This document shows, in pieces, positions 45,961-57,005 of a stretch of DNA of 64,000 nt (its first letter is position 1; each line of letters starts with the position of its first letter). The position numbers and the translations under genes are program-made. The stretch is from Planctomycetota bacterium (lineage in GTDB: Bacteria > Planctomycetota > PLA2 > JAEUHO01), in the NCBI GenBank assembly GCA_965222115.1, contig CBDCTJ010000007.1:512001-576000 (forward strand). Direction: 5' to 3'. The notes under the pieces are model-generated. The model had not been told where the DNA came from. It made no database searches and saw nothing but the letters and a program-made list of their open reading frames with translations.

Positions 45961-48900
45961 ATGCCGCCCATGACCTCGCGGCGCGTGACACTAGTACGGA
46001 CGATGGGATGGATCGCGGCAAGCGTATTGGTCTTGCTGCCCGTGCTGGTCCGGGCCGATCCCACGTCTGCTTCACTCCGCGTGGGTTTCGCCAAGTGCAA
46101 GATTGAGCTGCCCCCGATGTGTCAAATGACGGGATTTGGTGATACAGGCGCCATCAAAGCCGAGGGCACGGCGGACCCGCTCTATGCTCGCGCAACGGTG
46201 CTTGAGCAAAGCACGACGCGTGTGGCGGTCGTCAGCCTGGACGTATTCGCCGTGGACGCTGCGTTGCGGCAACAGGTGCTTGACCGCGCCAAACCGTTGA
46301 AGCTCACCGACGTCGTGCTCGCTGCAACGGGTACGAAACGCGGACCGGGCGGACTACTTAGGGCGCGACGGTGGGCCCGGTTTACCGGCACATTCCGAAG
46401 TGACGTGGCACGCGCAGTCCTCGATGCGATTCAGCGAGCGCTTTCGGATGCCGCCAAACACCTCGCGCCAGCCACTGTTGCGTTTCAACCGATTGGCAAG
46501 GGACCCGGCAACGTCGCTGTGTTTCAAACGCAAGGGGGTGAGGTACGAGGTGTTTGGCTGGGACTCGCGGGACGCCGCGATACAAGCAAGCAAACTGGCA
46601 ACAGCTTTAGCGCGGGTGCCGCGGGCCGGATGTGCGACGCGATAGAGACGAAGTGGCCGCAACGATCCGTACAGGTGCTTCAAGGTCCTGTTGCCGATCT
46701 CAACGATGTCCGTCGCGAATCGCTCGTGAAATCCATGATGGACGGCATCGCAAGGGCGATATCCCGCGGAGCCAACGACTCGCCGAAGCTAGGCATCTCG
46801 ACACGTTTCGCCGCACTGCATACGCCGTGGCGACGCGTGCTCGACAACCCGGACGCCCCCGTGCTTACCAGCCCCAAGCCTTGGCACCTCCCGGTGACCA
46901 CCCTCTCGATTGGAACGCACACGCTGCGCACGGTTCCCGGAGAAATCGCGAAGGCCGAGATGGATGCGTCGCCCGTTTGGTCGGTTACGTACGCGAATGG
47001 CTACGGCGGCACGTTTATTGGCTCTCGTCGCTATCCGCACCTCGCGCCGAACGCATCACGCTGTATTACGGGACCTGAAACCGTCCACGAGCTGTTGCGT
47101 GCACCCGATGCGCCCACGCGCCGAGCATCGTTTAGAACCAAGTGGGTGAGCGACGTGCCCCATATCACGCGCATCGCCCCATCGACACCCAAGCGACGCG
47201 ACGCGAAGGCCAGCGACGCCTACCGACTGGGCCACGCTCACGGCACGTTGTTACGGGACGACATTCACGCGTTTTTGGTGGGCAGTGAGACGGCACTTAC
47301 GCACGCAGCCCATGCAACAACCGACGGGCCACTGAGGACGTGGATCGATCGTTATGGCGGCCAGGACCCGCGCGCTTACGTGCTTTTGGAGCTGATTCAG
47401 CGGGCACGGACGTTAATTCCTCATATCCCTCATGCGCAACTCGACGAAATGGAGGGCATCGCCGATGCGGCGGGCGTTCCCTTTGACTCAATCCTCCTCA
47501 TCAACACGTTTCTGACGCTGGCAGAACAAACCGACGCCAATCGTCTGCTGGCGCTTCCTGCGCGCTGTACCAACGTTGTTGTTCACGAACGGGCAACGTC
47601 CATGGGGCAGTTGTTGCATGCCTCGACCCTCGATTGGGCGTTACGCGATCTTTTGGCGCCCTCAGCGCGCGTTCTACTGATGGAGCCGGCGGGCGGAAAC
47701 ACTTTCATGAGTGTGTCGTGGCCCGGCATGGTGGGCACGCTGCGCGCTATGAGTGCAGAGGGCATCGCCATTACGGAAGAGAGTACGGCCGCGCCGAAGG
47801 ACACGCGCGTCGATGGAACTCCGCTCCCGCTGCTCATGCGCGACGTCGTGCAGCACGCATCCACGCTCAACGATGCGGTGAAACGTCTTCGGCGCGCGCG
47901 TGGCACATGCGGCTACAAAGTGACGGTGTCCGATGGCAACCAGTTGGATGCGCGCGTGGTTGCGCTGACCGCAAGGCACAGTCACGTGCGCAAGCCCCTA
48001 GCAGGCATTTTGCAAGGCGTGCTTCCAAACGCCCCGGTGTCGGCGTTCGTTGGCGCTCGGAACCGTGAGATCCCGCAGGTGACGGGATCAAGCCTCAAAC
48101 GGTATGGCGCATTTACCAAAGCGTTGACGCAGCTGAAGCAGCCCTTGCGGCGCGCCGATGTGCAAACGCTGATCAGTGATCCGTCCCTTGGCATTCGTGG
48201 AGAAGGAACGCTCTTCGCGTGTGTATTCGAGCCGAGTGCCCGACGTGCAACGGTCGCGCTGGATCTTCGCGATGGCAAGCCACCCGCATGGCAATCCATC
48301 GACTTGCGCGCAATTGTGGAGCGCAACGTATCGCCCATGCGACGCGGCATGCCTTGCGTCCCAGAACAGCCAACCATGATCAAGCAACGCGATCGCGCGT
48401 TTACGTTGATCAAAAACGCTACCCGTTGGTCATTGGTGTTTTCGTCCCCGCGCCCGAGTGGGCACGCGTTCAACGATTCGGTCAAGGCCGAGCTTTGGTT
48501 GCCCAAGCAGGCCAAAGGCGTCGTGATTCATCTTCCAGCCTGGAAAGAACCCACATTGGCCGCACACCGCCTGCTTGCATCGCAGTTGGCACGCGCCGGC
48601 ATTGCGACCGCAATCCTTCCGCTTCCGTATCAAGCATCGCGCGCCGCACCGGGCGAGTCATCTGGCGCATGGACCCTCTCGGCCAACTTGGCGCGCACAC
48701 GGAGCGCACTGGTGCAAGGGCTGGCCGACGCGCTGGCGTTATCGCGATTGCTCGAAGACGAATTCCAGTTTGAACCCGCACGTCAAGGGGTGACGGGCGT
48801 AAGCCTGGGTGCCCATGTTGCGGCTGTGGCCTACGGCGCCTACCCCAACCGGTTCTCATGTGGCGGGTTCATTTTGGGCGGCGGCAATGTGCACGAAGCG

Positions 48901-49251
48901 TTCATGAAGAAGAACAGCGTGACCGGCAAGATTTACGCCGAGCTCACGCGGCGGGGTGTCACGTTGCGCGAAGCCGGAGACCTCATGCGAGGCATGGATC
49001 CGCTGCACCACGCCGACCCAAAACGCCGTGACGGAATCCTCCTCATCGCGGCCGATGCCGACGACGTGGTGGCTCCTGCCAATGTCGAGTTGCTTGCAAA
49101 GGCCTACGGTGGCGCAAAAATTACGTGGCTCTCGGGTGGACACTATGCCCCGGCCAATCCGCTGATGGCGGTGAAGGTGATTTCGGCTCTACGCGCCCAT
49201 TTGTTGGGCCGATTGAAGGCCACCGCGGCCACCAACGCCGGGCCGAAATAG
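45961..49251 (+). CDS. Secreted fusion: neutral-ceramidase-like + C45/Ntn hydrolase + alpha/beta hydrolase
   Basis: DPLYARATVL...VSLD...AATGTKRGPGG; EMEGIADAAGV...RCTNV...LDW; GVSLGAHVA, DDVV, GGH. Start uncertain. Confidence 0.8.
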   Translation: MPPMTSRRVTLVRTMGWIAASVLVLLPVLVRADPTSASLRVGFAKCKIELPPMCQMTGFGDTGAIKAEGTADPLYARATVLEQSTTRVAVVSLDVFAVDAALRQQVLDRAKPLKLTDVVLAATGTKRGPGGLLRARRWARFTGTFRSDVARAVLDAIQRALSDAAKHLAPATVAFQPIGKGPGNVAVFQTQGGEVRGVWLGLAGRRDTSKQTGNSFSAGAAGRMCDAIETKWPQRSVQVLQGPVADLNDVRRESLVKSMMDGIARAISRGANDSPKLGISTRFAALHTPWRRVLDNPDAPVLTSPKPWHLPVTTLSIGTHTLRTVPGEIAKAEMDASPVWSVTYANGYGGTFIGSRRYPHLAPNASRCITGPETVHELLRAPDAPTRRASFRTKWVSDVPHITRIAPSTPKRRDAKASDAYRLGHAHGTLLRDDIHAFLVGSETALTHAAHATTDGPLRTWIDRYGGQDPRAYVLLELIQRARTLIPHIPHAQLDEMEGIADAAGVPFDSILLINTFLTLAEQTDANRLLALPARCTNVVVHERATSMGQLLHASTLDWALRDLLAPSARVLLMEPAGGNTFMSVSWPGMVGTLRAMSAEGIAITEESTAAPKDTRVDGTPLPLLMRDVVQHASTLNDAVKRLRRARGTCGYKVTVSDGNQLDARVVALTARHSHVRKPLAGILQGVLPNAPVSAFVGARNREIPQVTGSSLKRYGAFTKALTQLKQPLRRADVQTLISDPSLGIRGEGTLFACVFEPSARRATVALDLRDGKPPAWQSIDLRAIVERNVSPMRRGMPCVPEQPTMIKQRDRAFTLIKNATRWSLVFSSPRPSGHAFNDSVKAELWLPKQAKGVVIHLPAWKEPTLAAHRLLASQLARAGIATAILPLPYQASRAAPGESSGAWTLSANLARTRSALVQGLADALALSRLLEDEFQFEPARQGVTGVSLGAHVAAVAYGAYPNRFSCGGFILGGGNVHEAFMKKNSVTGKIYAELTRRGVTLREAGDLMRGMDPLHHADPKRRDGILLIAADADDVVAPANVELLAKAYGGAKITWLSGGHYAPANPLMAVKVISALRAHLLGRLKATAATNAGPK

Positions 49252-49449
49252 GCGGCCTTTTCAGCAAGCTGAGCGAGCCGTCGTCGTCCAAAGCAGCGCC
49301 AGGGTCGTGCTGCCTCCCGCGATGCCTCGCATGATAGTGCTCGGAGGCGCGGAGCCCGCATGGCCTCGCCCCTTCCCCAAGCGGTCCCATCAAGAACGGC
49401 GGGATCCGTAGCGTCCCGCCATCCGATTCCCCAATTGCGAGTTCGATCC

Positions 49450-50130
49450 ATGCCGCGTTCGGACAAATCCGACACCCCGGCACTACGCGCGAAACGACGT
49501 TCCAGCTCGCCACCGCGTGCATTGCAAGACACATGGGTCGAAGGGCTTCGTAGGCAGGACCCGTCGGTATTGCGCACGGTGGTTGAAGCGTTTAACGATC
49601 GTTTGAGTGCCGTTGTTGCGGGTTTGCTGTCCGATCATCAAGCGGTGGAAGATGTGGTGCAGGAAACATTCGTGAAGGCCTACCAACGCATTCACAAGTT
49701 TCATGGACGATCGAGTCTCTACACCTGGCTCTATCGCATTGCGGTCAATGGGGCCAAGGACTATCTCAAAGCACGGCGGCGACGACCGGCGCGCTCCCTA
49801 GATGACTTTGCGGGACGCGGGGCGCTCCAAGCCGGGTCTGTTCCCGCCATTGAAGGCATGGCCAAGCGCGAACAACGCATCTTGTTGCGCGAGGGTATTG
49901 AAGCCTTGCCCGATCGCTTTCGTCGGGTGCTCGTCTTGCGTGAGATTGAAGGCATGAGTTATCAAGACATTGCCGAGGTCCTGGGGCTCACCCTCGGCAC
50001 CGTTGAAAGTAAGATATTCCGTGCGCGCAAGCGGCTACGCGCCCACATGATGCGCGCGCGCCCGGGCGGTTCACGGGCGGCGTCGTTGCCCAAGCGTTCG
50101 AACGCTAAGGAGACAGACCATGGCTCGTGA
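49450..50130 (+). CDS. ECF sigma-70 factor
   Basis: EDVVQETFVKAY, SSLYTWLYRIAVN, LREIEGMSYQDIAEVLGLTLGTVESKIFRAR. Start uncertain (49360-49450). Confidence 0.94.
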   Translation: MPRSDKSDTPALRAKRRSSSPPRALQDTWVEGLRRQDPSVLRTVVEAFNDRLSAVVAGLLSDHQAVEDVVQETFVKAYQRIHKFHGRSSLYTWLYRIAVNGAKDYLKARRRRPARSLDDFAGRGALQAGSVPAIEGMAKREQRILLREGIEALPDRFRRVLVLREIEGMSYQDIAEVLGLTLGTVESKIFRARKRLRAHMMRARPGGSRAASLPKRSNAKETDHGS

Positions 50131-50740
50131 TGGCGGTCCCTCTCCGCTTACCGCCGAAGAGTCGCGGTACCTCGATGGCGCGCTTTCGCCCGAACGGTTG
50201 CGGCGTATGGAGCGCTTGCTCGCAGCCGATCCCGATCGCGCCGACCGTGTGCGTGCGTGGAACGAATGGATGACGCGTTGGCGCGAAGACTGCCGCGCCG
50301 CCGCGCCCACAGACGACGTCTATCACACGCGCGTGGATCAAATTGTAGGCGCCGCGCTGGACGCGGCCCCGTCGTCGGAATCGATTGCAACCATGAACAC
50401 CGAACGCCTCGCGGAAGCGCAAGGGTCGTCGAGTGGTTGGTCGGTGCCGGCTCACGTGGCGCGTCGTTATGCGGCGGCGGCATTACTTTTGATGGCACTT
50501 GGTTTGGTGGGTTATGCCGTAACGCGCACCGACCCCGCCGTGGCCACGCCCCATGGCACTACGCCGGTGCGCAACGGTTCGAACAACGCCTCGCCCCCAT
50601 CGTCGTCGGGCGAAGCACGCGGCGATTTGCATGGCATTCGGGACGCCATACGCAGCGACGTCTTGCGTCCGCCCACACGCGACGTGCCGCCCGCGCCCAT
50701 CCCCACGCGCACACCTTCCCCTGCTCCCGAGAAGCGCTGA
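50120..50740 (+). CDS. Putative membrane-anchored anti-sigma factor
   Basis: Overlaps sigma gene; AAGGAG RBS; SRYLDGALSPE...ERLLAADP; one TM. Confidence 0.8.
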   Translation: MARDGGPSPLTAEESRYLDGALSPERLRRMERLLAADPDRADRVRAWNEWMTRWREDCRAAAPTDDVYHTRVDQIVGAALDAAPSSESIATMNTERLAEAQGSSSGWSVPAHVARRYAAAALLLMALGLVGYAVTRTDPAVATPHGTTPVRNGSNNASPPSSSGEARGDLHGIRDAIRSDVLRPPTRDVPPAPIPTRTPSPAPEKR

Positions 50741-50753
50741 TCACTGAACACGC

Positions 50754-51146
50754 ATGAAGTTGCATTTCCTACAAAACATACGCGTATTGACACTCCTGAT
50801 GGTGCTCGCCGGGGTGTTCTTGGGGCTGTTTGCCTCCACCCTGATCGCCCGCCCCACCTGCCCGCCGGAATCCTCGCGCCAACGCGCAATTGATCACGAA
50901 GTGCGCTACTACCAGCAGACCTACTCGCTCAACGACGTGGCCGCCGATGCCGTTCGCCAGGCGCTCCACACCTACGAGCGTGATCGACTCGAACTGTTGC
51001 ACAAACTGCAGGCGGAACATCCCCACGACTTTGACGCCTTGCGTCTACGGACCGAGGCACGGATTCGCGCAGTGATTCAAAATGCTATTGACACGCCCGC
51101 GCCGGCCCTGCCGAGCAAGCGAACAGAAGCGAAACCGAAAAAGTAG
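50754..51146 (+). CDS. Small exported helical protein (third gene of ECF operon)
   Basis: N-terminal TM (LAGVFLG), helical remainder. Confidence 0.7.
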   Translation: MKLHFLQNIRVLTLLMVLAGVFLGLFASTLIARPTCPPESSRQRAIDHEVRYYQQTYSLNDVAADAVRQALHTYERDRLELLHKLQAEHPHDFDALRLRTEARIRAVIQNAIDTPAPALPSKRTEAKPKK

Positions 51147-51308
51147 CCCGCACGCAAGGCATCGGGGAAGTTGCGCGTCCAAGACGTGCTCGCTGACCAC
51201 CAATCTGTGCCGTGATTCCATAGGGAAGCGAGGCTCCTGCCCTGAACCCCCCTATACTTTTTGACGCTTTGCCCGTGTGAGCGGGATCCCTTCCGGAGGA
51301 CATGGTCC

Positions 51309-53111
51309 GTGGCACGCGCAGTTGGACTGGATATCGGCTCGCACGCCGTCAAGGTGGTGGAGCTATCGGGCGGCGCGAAGACGTTTCGCATTCAGCGCGT
51401 CGCCATCCGTCCCATCCCCACCGCCGATGAACTAGCGGTCGCACCTCAAGAAGAAGGCGAAGAAGAGGAACTGGGCACCCCACGCGAGCGCGCCATTGTT
51501 GAGATTATTCGCGAAGTATTCAAAACGTTGGCGCTTCCGAAGGAAGACGCATGCGCCAGCTTCCCCTCGCGTGAAACGGTATTTCGTGAGCTGACAGTGC
51601 CGTTTACCGAAACCGACCAGATTCGAAAGGTCGTTAAGTACGAGGCGGAAAATCATCTTCACAGTCATTCGGTAGACGACGTGATTGTGAACTGGGTCAA
51701 GACGGGCGAAACCAAGGGCGGCAGTCGACTGACCATTTTCGCCTCGCCCAAAATGGACCTGGCACAACACATTGCACTCATGCGTCGCGCCGGTGTGGAT
51801 CCCGCCGCTGTCGATCTCGATGTCACCGCGGTCTATACGTGTCTCGATGCGGCCGGGTTATTCGAACGCTACCCCAACTCCGTCGTGTTGGACGTGGGGG
51901 CCGCCACGTCGAACTTATTGATGGTGGTTGGCGGGCAACCACGCGTGATGCGCTCGTTTCGCCTGGGCGTGGGTGACTTGGAACGTTCGGTCGGTCGCGA
52001 CCTCGACGTGCCGGCACCCGATGCTCGCCAAGCGGTGTCGGCCCATCACGGCCCGCGCAAGGACGACCTGTTCGCACCTGCCACGCCCCACGCCGGGGAT
52101 GTTCCTGAGACGGAAATGACGGCGCGCGAACTTACGACCGCCGTCGTGCGCGATGGGCGCGGCACGTTTGTTGCGAAACTTCACCGCGAAGTCCTGCGCA
52201 CGTTGAGTGCTGTGCGCACCGAACAACCACCCGAGCAGGTATTGCTTGTTGGTGGCGGGAGTTTGATCCCGTCGGTCGCCGACGACCTCGCCACGCGCTT
52301 TGGCTTGCCGGTCGAACCTGTTGACCTGTTGCAGTTCATCGACTGCAAAGATCCCGGTGGCGATCCGCGTTACGTAGGTGCTGCCATTGCGCCTGCCGTG
52401 GGGTCGGCGCTGCGTCTACTGGGCCGCGATCCGCTAAACATCGAGTTGCTGCGTGAAGAGTTTGCGCCGCGCAACACATTCGATGTGATCAAGACCGCGC
52501 TTGCCACGTTGCTCACGCTGGGATTCGTATTGCTGGGCGTGCAAACGCTCAAGACCAAACAGGAACTCGCCGCCGCACGCGTGGAGTTTGGCGATCGCGC
52601 GCAGGTGGTGCGCCATGTGACCCGACAAGCGGAAGTGGCCTATCTCCGCGGGGTCGAAGACGAAGAACGCGTCGTGGCAGAAAAGAAGACCGATCGCTGG
52701 CTCAAGGGCCTTGGCAACTCGCCCCAGCGCATTTTACGCATGCGCTCACGGTTGCGGCAACGCCACGCCAAACTGGCCGGTGACCTGGGACTGGCGAAGA
52801 ACATTCCGCGACTCCCGAGTGCCAACAAAGTCATGCTGGAGGTCTACAAAGCACTCTCTAGCCGCCCGCGGGACGAGTTGAGCCCCTACTTTCAGATTCT
52901 CAAAATGAACATTACCGAGCAGCGACTCACGTTCGAAGTGGTCGTCGATAACAGCGACATTTTTGACACGGTCGCGAACTTGCTTCGCGAGAGCGCCTAC
53001 TTAAAAAGTCGCGCCAAGTTCCCCAACGATTTCGTTGGCGTCGGGGCGGTCAATCCCCACGAAGGGAACTACAAACAGTCCTTCGAAATCGTCTTTAAGA
53101 AGGAGGACTAG
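51309..53111 (+). CDS. pilM: PilM-like actin-fold protein fused to TM + PilN/GspL-like periplasmic region
   Basis: GGAGG RBS; VGLDIGSHAVKVVEL, LDVGAATS, LLVGGGS, PAVGSALR, then NIELL + TM. Confidence 0.85.
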   Translation: MARAVGLDIGSHAVKVVELSGGAKTFRIQRVAIRPIPTADELAVAPQEEGEEEELGTPRERAIVEIIREVFKTLALPKEDACASFPSRETVFRELTVPFTETDQIRKVVKYEAENHLHSHSVDDVIVNWVKTGETKGGSRLTIFASPKMDLAQHIALMRRAGVDPAAVDLDVTAVYTCLDAAGLFERYPNSVVLDVGAATSNLLMVVGGQPRVMRSFRLGVGDLERSVGRDLDVPAPDARQAVSAHHGPRKDDLFAPATPHAGDVPETEMTARELTTAVVRDGRGTFVAKLHREVLRTLSAVRTEQPPEQVLLVGGGSLIPSVADDLATRFGLPVEPVDLLQFIDCKDPGGDPRYVGAAIAPAVGSALRLLGRDPLNIELLREEFAPRNTFDVIKTALATLLTLGFVLLGVQTLKTKQELAAARVEFGDRAQVVRHVTRQAEVAYLRGVEDEERVVAEKKTDRWLKGLGNSPQRILRMRSRLRQRHAKLAGDLGLAKNIPRLPSANKVMLEVYKALSSRPRDELSPYFQILKMNITEQRLTFEVVVDNSDIFDTVANLLRESAYLKSRAKFPNDFVGVGAVNPHEGNYKQSFEIVFKKED

Positions 53112-53113
53112 TC

Positions 53114-53743
53114 ATGGCGAAGAAAGCGGCCTCGTCCTCTGCCACGAGCGGTGATCCGCTCAAATACTTCTGCTTGGTATTCGCCATTCTGTTGGGCGTG
53201 ATTGGCTTTGTACTCTACAAGCTCAACAAGCAACTCGGCGAATTTCAAAAGAACACGGCCTACGCCGACAAGCTCTTGACCGGCAAAGGTCTGCCGCGCC
53301 CCCGTGAAGGCGATCCTCCGGGAAAGATTCATGATTTGGCGCTTGAGGTTGAACGCATGGTGCTGGGCCACTCGCAGGCCGTAGGGGGTAGCGGCGGAGG
53401 CCGTCAGGGGTTCATCGCAACGAAAACCATCAACGCCGCGGCGCGTCAAGCGGGAATCACCGGAACCATCCTGCCCAGGAAAGAAGATTCGGACCGCAAC
53501 GAGCTAAAGGGCTACATGTTGCGCTACAGGGGATTTACGATCCCAGGCACCAACATGCGCAACTTTGTGCGCTTTGTACAAAATGTGGAATCCAAGGGCC
53601 TCTACACGGTCTATCGGTTGAACTGGCAGCTTGAAACCAAGAAGCGAAACAGCGAACGGCCCTTTGATCGCATTACACGCGCCACGGGAATTCGCGTCGG
53701 GTTTCGTCAGCCGTACACGCCCAAACGCAAGCGCAATCGCTAA
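53114..53743 (+). CDS. PilO/GspM-like bitopic protein
   Basis: AGGAGG RBS; one TM; NFVRFVQNVE; directly follows the PilM fusion. Confidence 0.6.
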   Translation: MAKKAASSSATSGDPLKYFCLVFAILLGVIGFVLYKLNKQLGEFQKNTAYADKLLTGKGLPRPREGDPPGKIHDLALEVERMVLGHSQAVGGSGGGRQGFIATKTINAAARQAGITGTILPRKEDSDRNELKGYMLRYRGFTIPGTNMRNFVRFVQNVESKGLYTVYRLNWQLETKKRNSERPFDRITRATGIRVGFRQPYTPKRKRNR

Positions 53744-53755
53744 CGCGGATGGACG

Positions 53756-56700
53756 TTACACGTGGCTCGGCGTTGCAAGCGCGTGCTGATCTTGCAGCGC
53801 ATGAACTTCCAGTGCATCGCGTTGGTAGGCTTCCACCGCCTTCACAAGTGCGCGCGCACCCGAAATCGTCGTAATGCACGGAATATTGAGCACCGCTGCA
53901 GCGCCGCGAATCTTGCCCTCGTCGGTACGCGCGCCGCGACCGCTGGGCGTATTGATGATTAGGTCCACTTGGCGGTTCTTGACAACGTCCAAGACGTTGG
54001 GCCGCGCGCCATCGGCGATCTTGAAGATCTTCTCGCACTGAACGCCTGAGCGCGCCAAGATGCGATGGGTGCCCGCCGTGGCCACCAACACGTAGCCGAG
54101 CGTGGCCAAGCGGCGCGCGAGATCAATCACGCCACGTTTGTCGGCGTCTTTGACCGACACAAAGATCTTGCCCGTCTTGGGCAGCCGTAAGAACGCACCC
54201 AACTTGGCTTTGGCAAAGGCAGCGCCCAAATCGGGATCCACACCCATCACCTCGCCCGTGCTGCGCATTTCCGGCCCAAGAATAATGTCGGTGCCTGGAA
54301 AGCGGTTGAAGGGAAACACGGGCTCCTTAACCGAATAGTACGGCGGCACGACTTCTTCGGGGACGCCGAGTTCCGTGAGCGATTCGCCGGCCATGACGCG
54401 TGCGGCGAACCGTGCCAGCGGGACACCCGTGGCCTTCGACACGAATGGCGTGGTGCGGCTGGCGCGCGGATTGACCTCGATTAAATACACGCGCTCGCCT
54501 TTGACCGCGTACTGCACATTCATCAAACCAACAACGCCAAGCGCCGCGGCCAACGTAGCGGTGCTCTGGCGAATCTCCTCCAACACCGGCTCGGTCAAGC
54601 TAAACGACGGCAATGTGCACGTGCTATCCCCCGAATGCACACCGCACTCTTCAATGTGTTCCATGATGCCGCCGATAATGCAGCGCGTGCCGTCGGCCAC
54701 AGCGTCAACATCGACTTCCACCGCGTCTTCAAGGAAGCGGTCCACAAGAATCGGCTTCTCGGGAGACGCTTCTACCGCTTCGTCGATATAACGCCGAAGC
54801 GCATCGTCGTCGTACACGATCTCCATGGCGCGGCCGCCCAGCACATAACTGGGACGTACCAACACCGGATATCCAATGTCGTGGGCAATCGCCACCGCCT
54901 CGTCGTAGGACGTGGCTGTGCCGTTCTCCGTTTGCAGCAAGTTATTCTCTTCAACAAGTGCTTTGAATCGTGCCCGGTCGTCGGCTAGATCAATGGCTTC
55001 GGGCGATGTGCCAATAATGGGAGCACCCGCAGCTTCCAAGGTGCGCGCCAAGTTGAGCGGCGTTTGCCCGCCGTAGTGCACGATCACGCCTTTGGGCGCC
55101 GTGGCTTCAACGATATCGAGCACATGCTCGGCGGTGAGCGGTTCAAAGAACAAGAGATCGCTTGTGTCGTAGTCGGTGGAGACCGTCTCGGGATTGGAGT
55201 TGACCATGATGGTCTCGTAGCCCCGCTTCGCCCAGGGCATAGGCAGGCCTGCACGCAACAGTAGTCAAATTCAATGCCCTGGCCAATGCGATTGGGGCCG
55301 CCACCAAGAATCATAATGCGTTCGCGTGTGGCGCCGCGCAACTCATCTTCTTCGTCGTAGGCCGAGTAGTAATAGGGCGTGGCTGCTTCAAACTCGCCCG
55401 CGCACGTATCCACAAGTTTGAATACTGGGCGAATACCGCGACGAATGCGCTCGGCACGCACTGCCATCTCATCCACACCCACCATCTGGCCAATCTGATG
55501 GTCGGAAAAGCCCTCTTGTTTGGCCCGTCGCAACGTGGCGTCGTCGATGGCGTGGAGGCTTCCGAGCGCGCGCAGTTCGCGCTCGCGTTCCACCAGCAAC
55601 ATGAACTGTCGGAGGAACCACGGATCCATGCGCGTGTGCGATTGGAGGCTCTCCATCGTCCACCCATCGCGAATCGCTTGGCGCAGATGAAACATGCGCT
55701 GGGGGCCAGGTGTTTGCAAACGACGGCGAATCTCTTCTTTGTCGAGCGGAACGCGGGCGACTTCTTTGGCGTCACAACCAAAGCCAAAGCGACTGGTCTC
55801 CAAGCTGCGTAGCGCCTTCTGAAAACTCTCGCGGAAGGTGCGGCCCATCGCCATGGCTTCGCCCACGCTCTTCATCTGCGTGGGTGAGCTTGGGGGAGGC
55901 CTCGGGAAACTTCTCGAAGTTGAAGCGCGGAATCTTGGTGACCACGTAGTCGATGGTGGGCTCGAAACACGCCTTGGTCTTCTTCGTAATGTCGTTGGCC
56001 AACTCGTCGAGGGAGTAACCCACGGCCAACTTGGCCGCAATCTTGGCAATCGGAAACCCGGTCGCCTTGCTGGCCAAGGCCGAAGAACGCGACACGCGCG
56101 GATTCATTTCAATCACCACCAGCCGGCCGCTGTCGGGATCGGTCGCAAACTGAATGTTGCTGCCGCCGGTTTCAACGCCAATCTCGCGAATCACACGCAG
56201 CGCGGCGTCGCGCATTCGTTGATACTCGCGGTCGGTGAGTGTTTGCGCGGGCGCCACGGTAATCGAATCCCCCGTGTGCACGCCCATGGGATCAATGTTC
56301 TCAATGCTGCAAATGATGACGACGTTGTCGGCCACGTCGCGCATGACCCTCGAGTTCAAACTCTTTCCACCCAACCACGCTCTCTTCAATGAGCACCTCG
56401 GAGGTGGGTGAGAGATCCAATCCCCGGCGGCAGATCTCATGGAACTCGTCGACGTTCCAAGCAATCCCGCCGCCGGTACCGCCCATGGTGAACGACGGTC
56501 GAATCACACACGGCAACCCGATTTCATCGCGCGCAACCAACGCGTCTTCAAATGTCTGCACGGTGCGACTGCGCGGCACATCGAGACCGATCTTCATCAT
56601 GGCCGCGCGGAATTCTTCGCGGTTCTCAGCTTTGCGAATGACATCAGGGCGCGCGCCCAAAATGGTGACGCCGTGTTCTTCAAGCGTGCCGCGACGATGA

Positions 56701-57005
56701 AGTTCCATTGCCACGTTGAGCCCGGTTTGACCGCCCATTGTGGGCAACAACGCATCGGGCTTTTCTTTCGCAATCACGCGTTCCACAACGTCCGCCGTAA
56801 CCGGTTCGATATAGGTGCGGTCGGCCATCTCCGGATCGGTCATAATGGTGGCGGGATTTGAGTTAACGAGCACAACCTCAAAGCCCTCTTCGCGCAGTGC
56901 TTTGCACGCCTGCGTACCCGAGTAATCAAACTCGGCCGCCTGGCCAATGACGATGGGGCCCGACCCCAGAATCAGGATGCGGTGAATGTCATTACGACGT
57001 GGCAT
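53756..57005 (-). pseudogene. carB: Carbamoyl-phosphate synthase large subunit interrupted by four +1 insertions (probably sequencing artefact)
   Basis: [30 protein letters not shown]; GVHTGDS; LGGGPNRIGQGIEFDYCC; NSNPETVSTDYD; MGS domain. Spread over 4 ORFs; removing 4 bases gives 1081 aa. Confidence 0.95.

Noticed and set aside
53756-57005. Programmed frameshifting or split-gene system in carB
   Set aside because: Four shifts in very short G/C runs without slippery heptamers fit sequencing error better; kept as a finding with that caveat.
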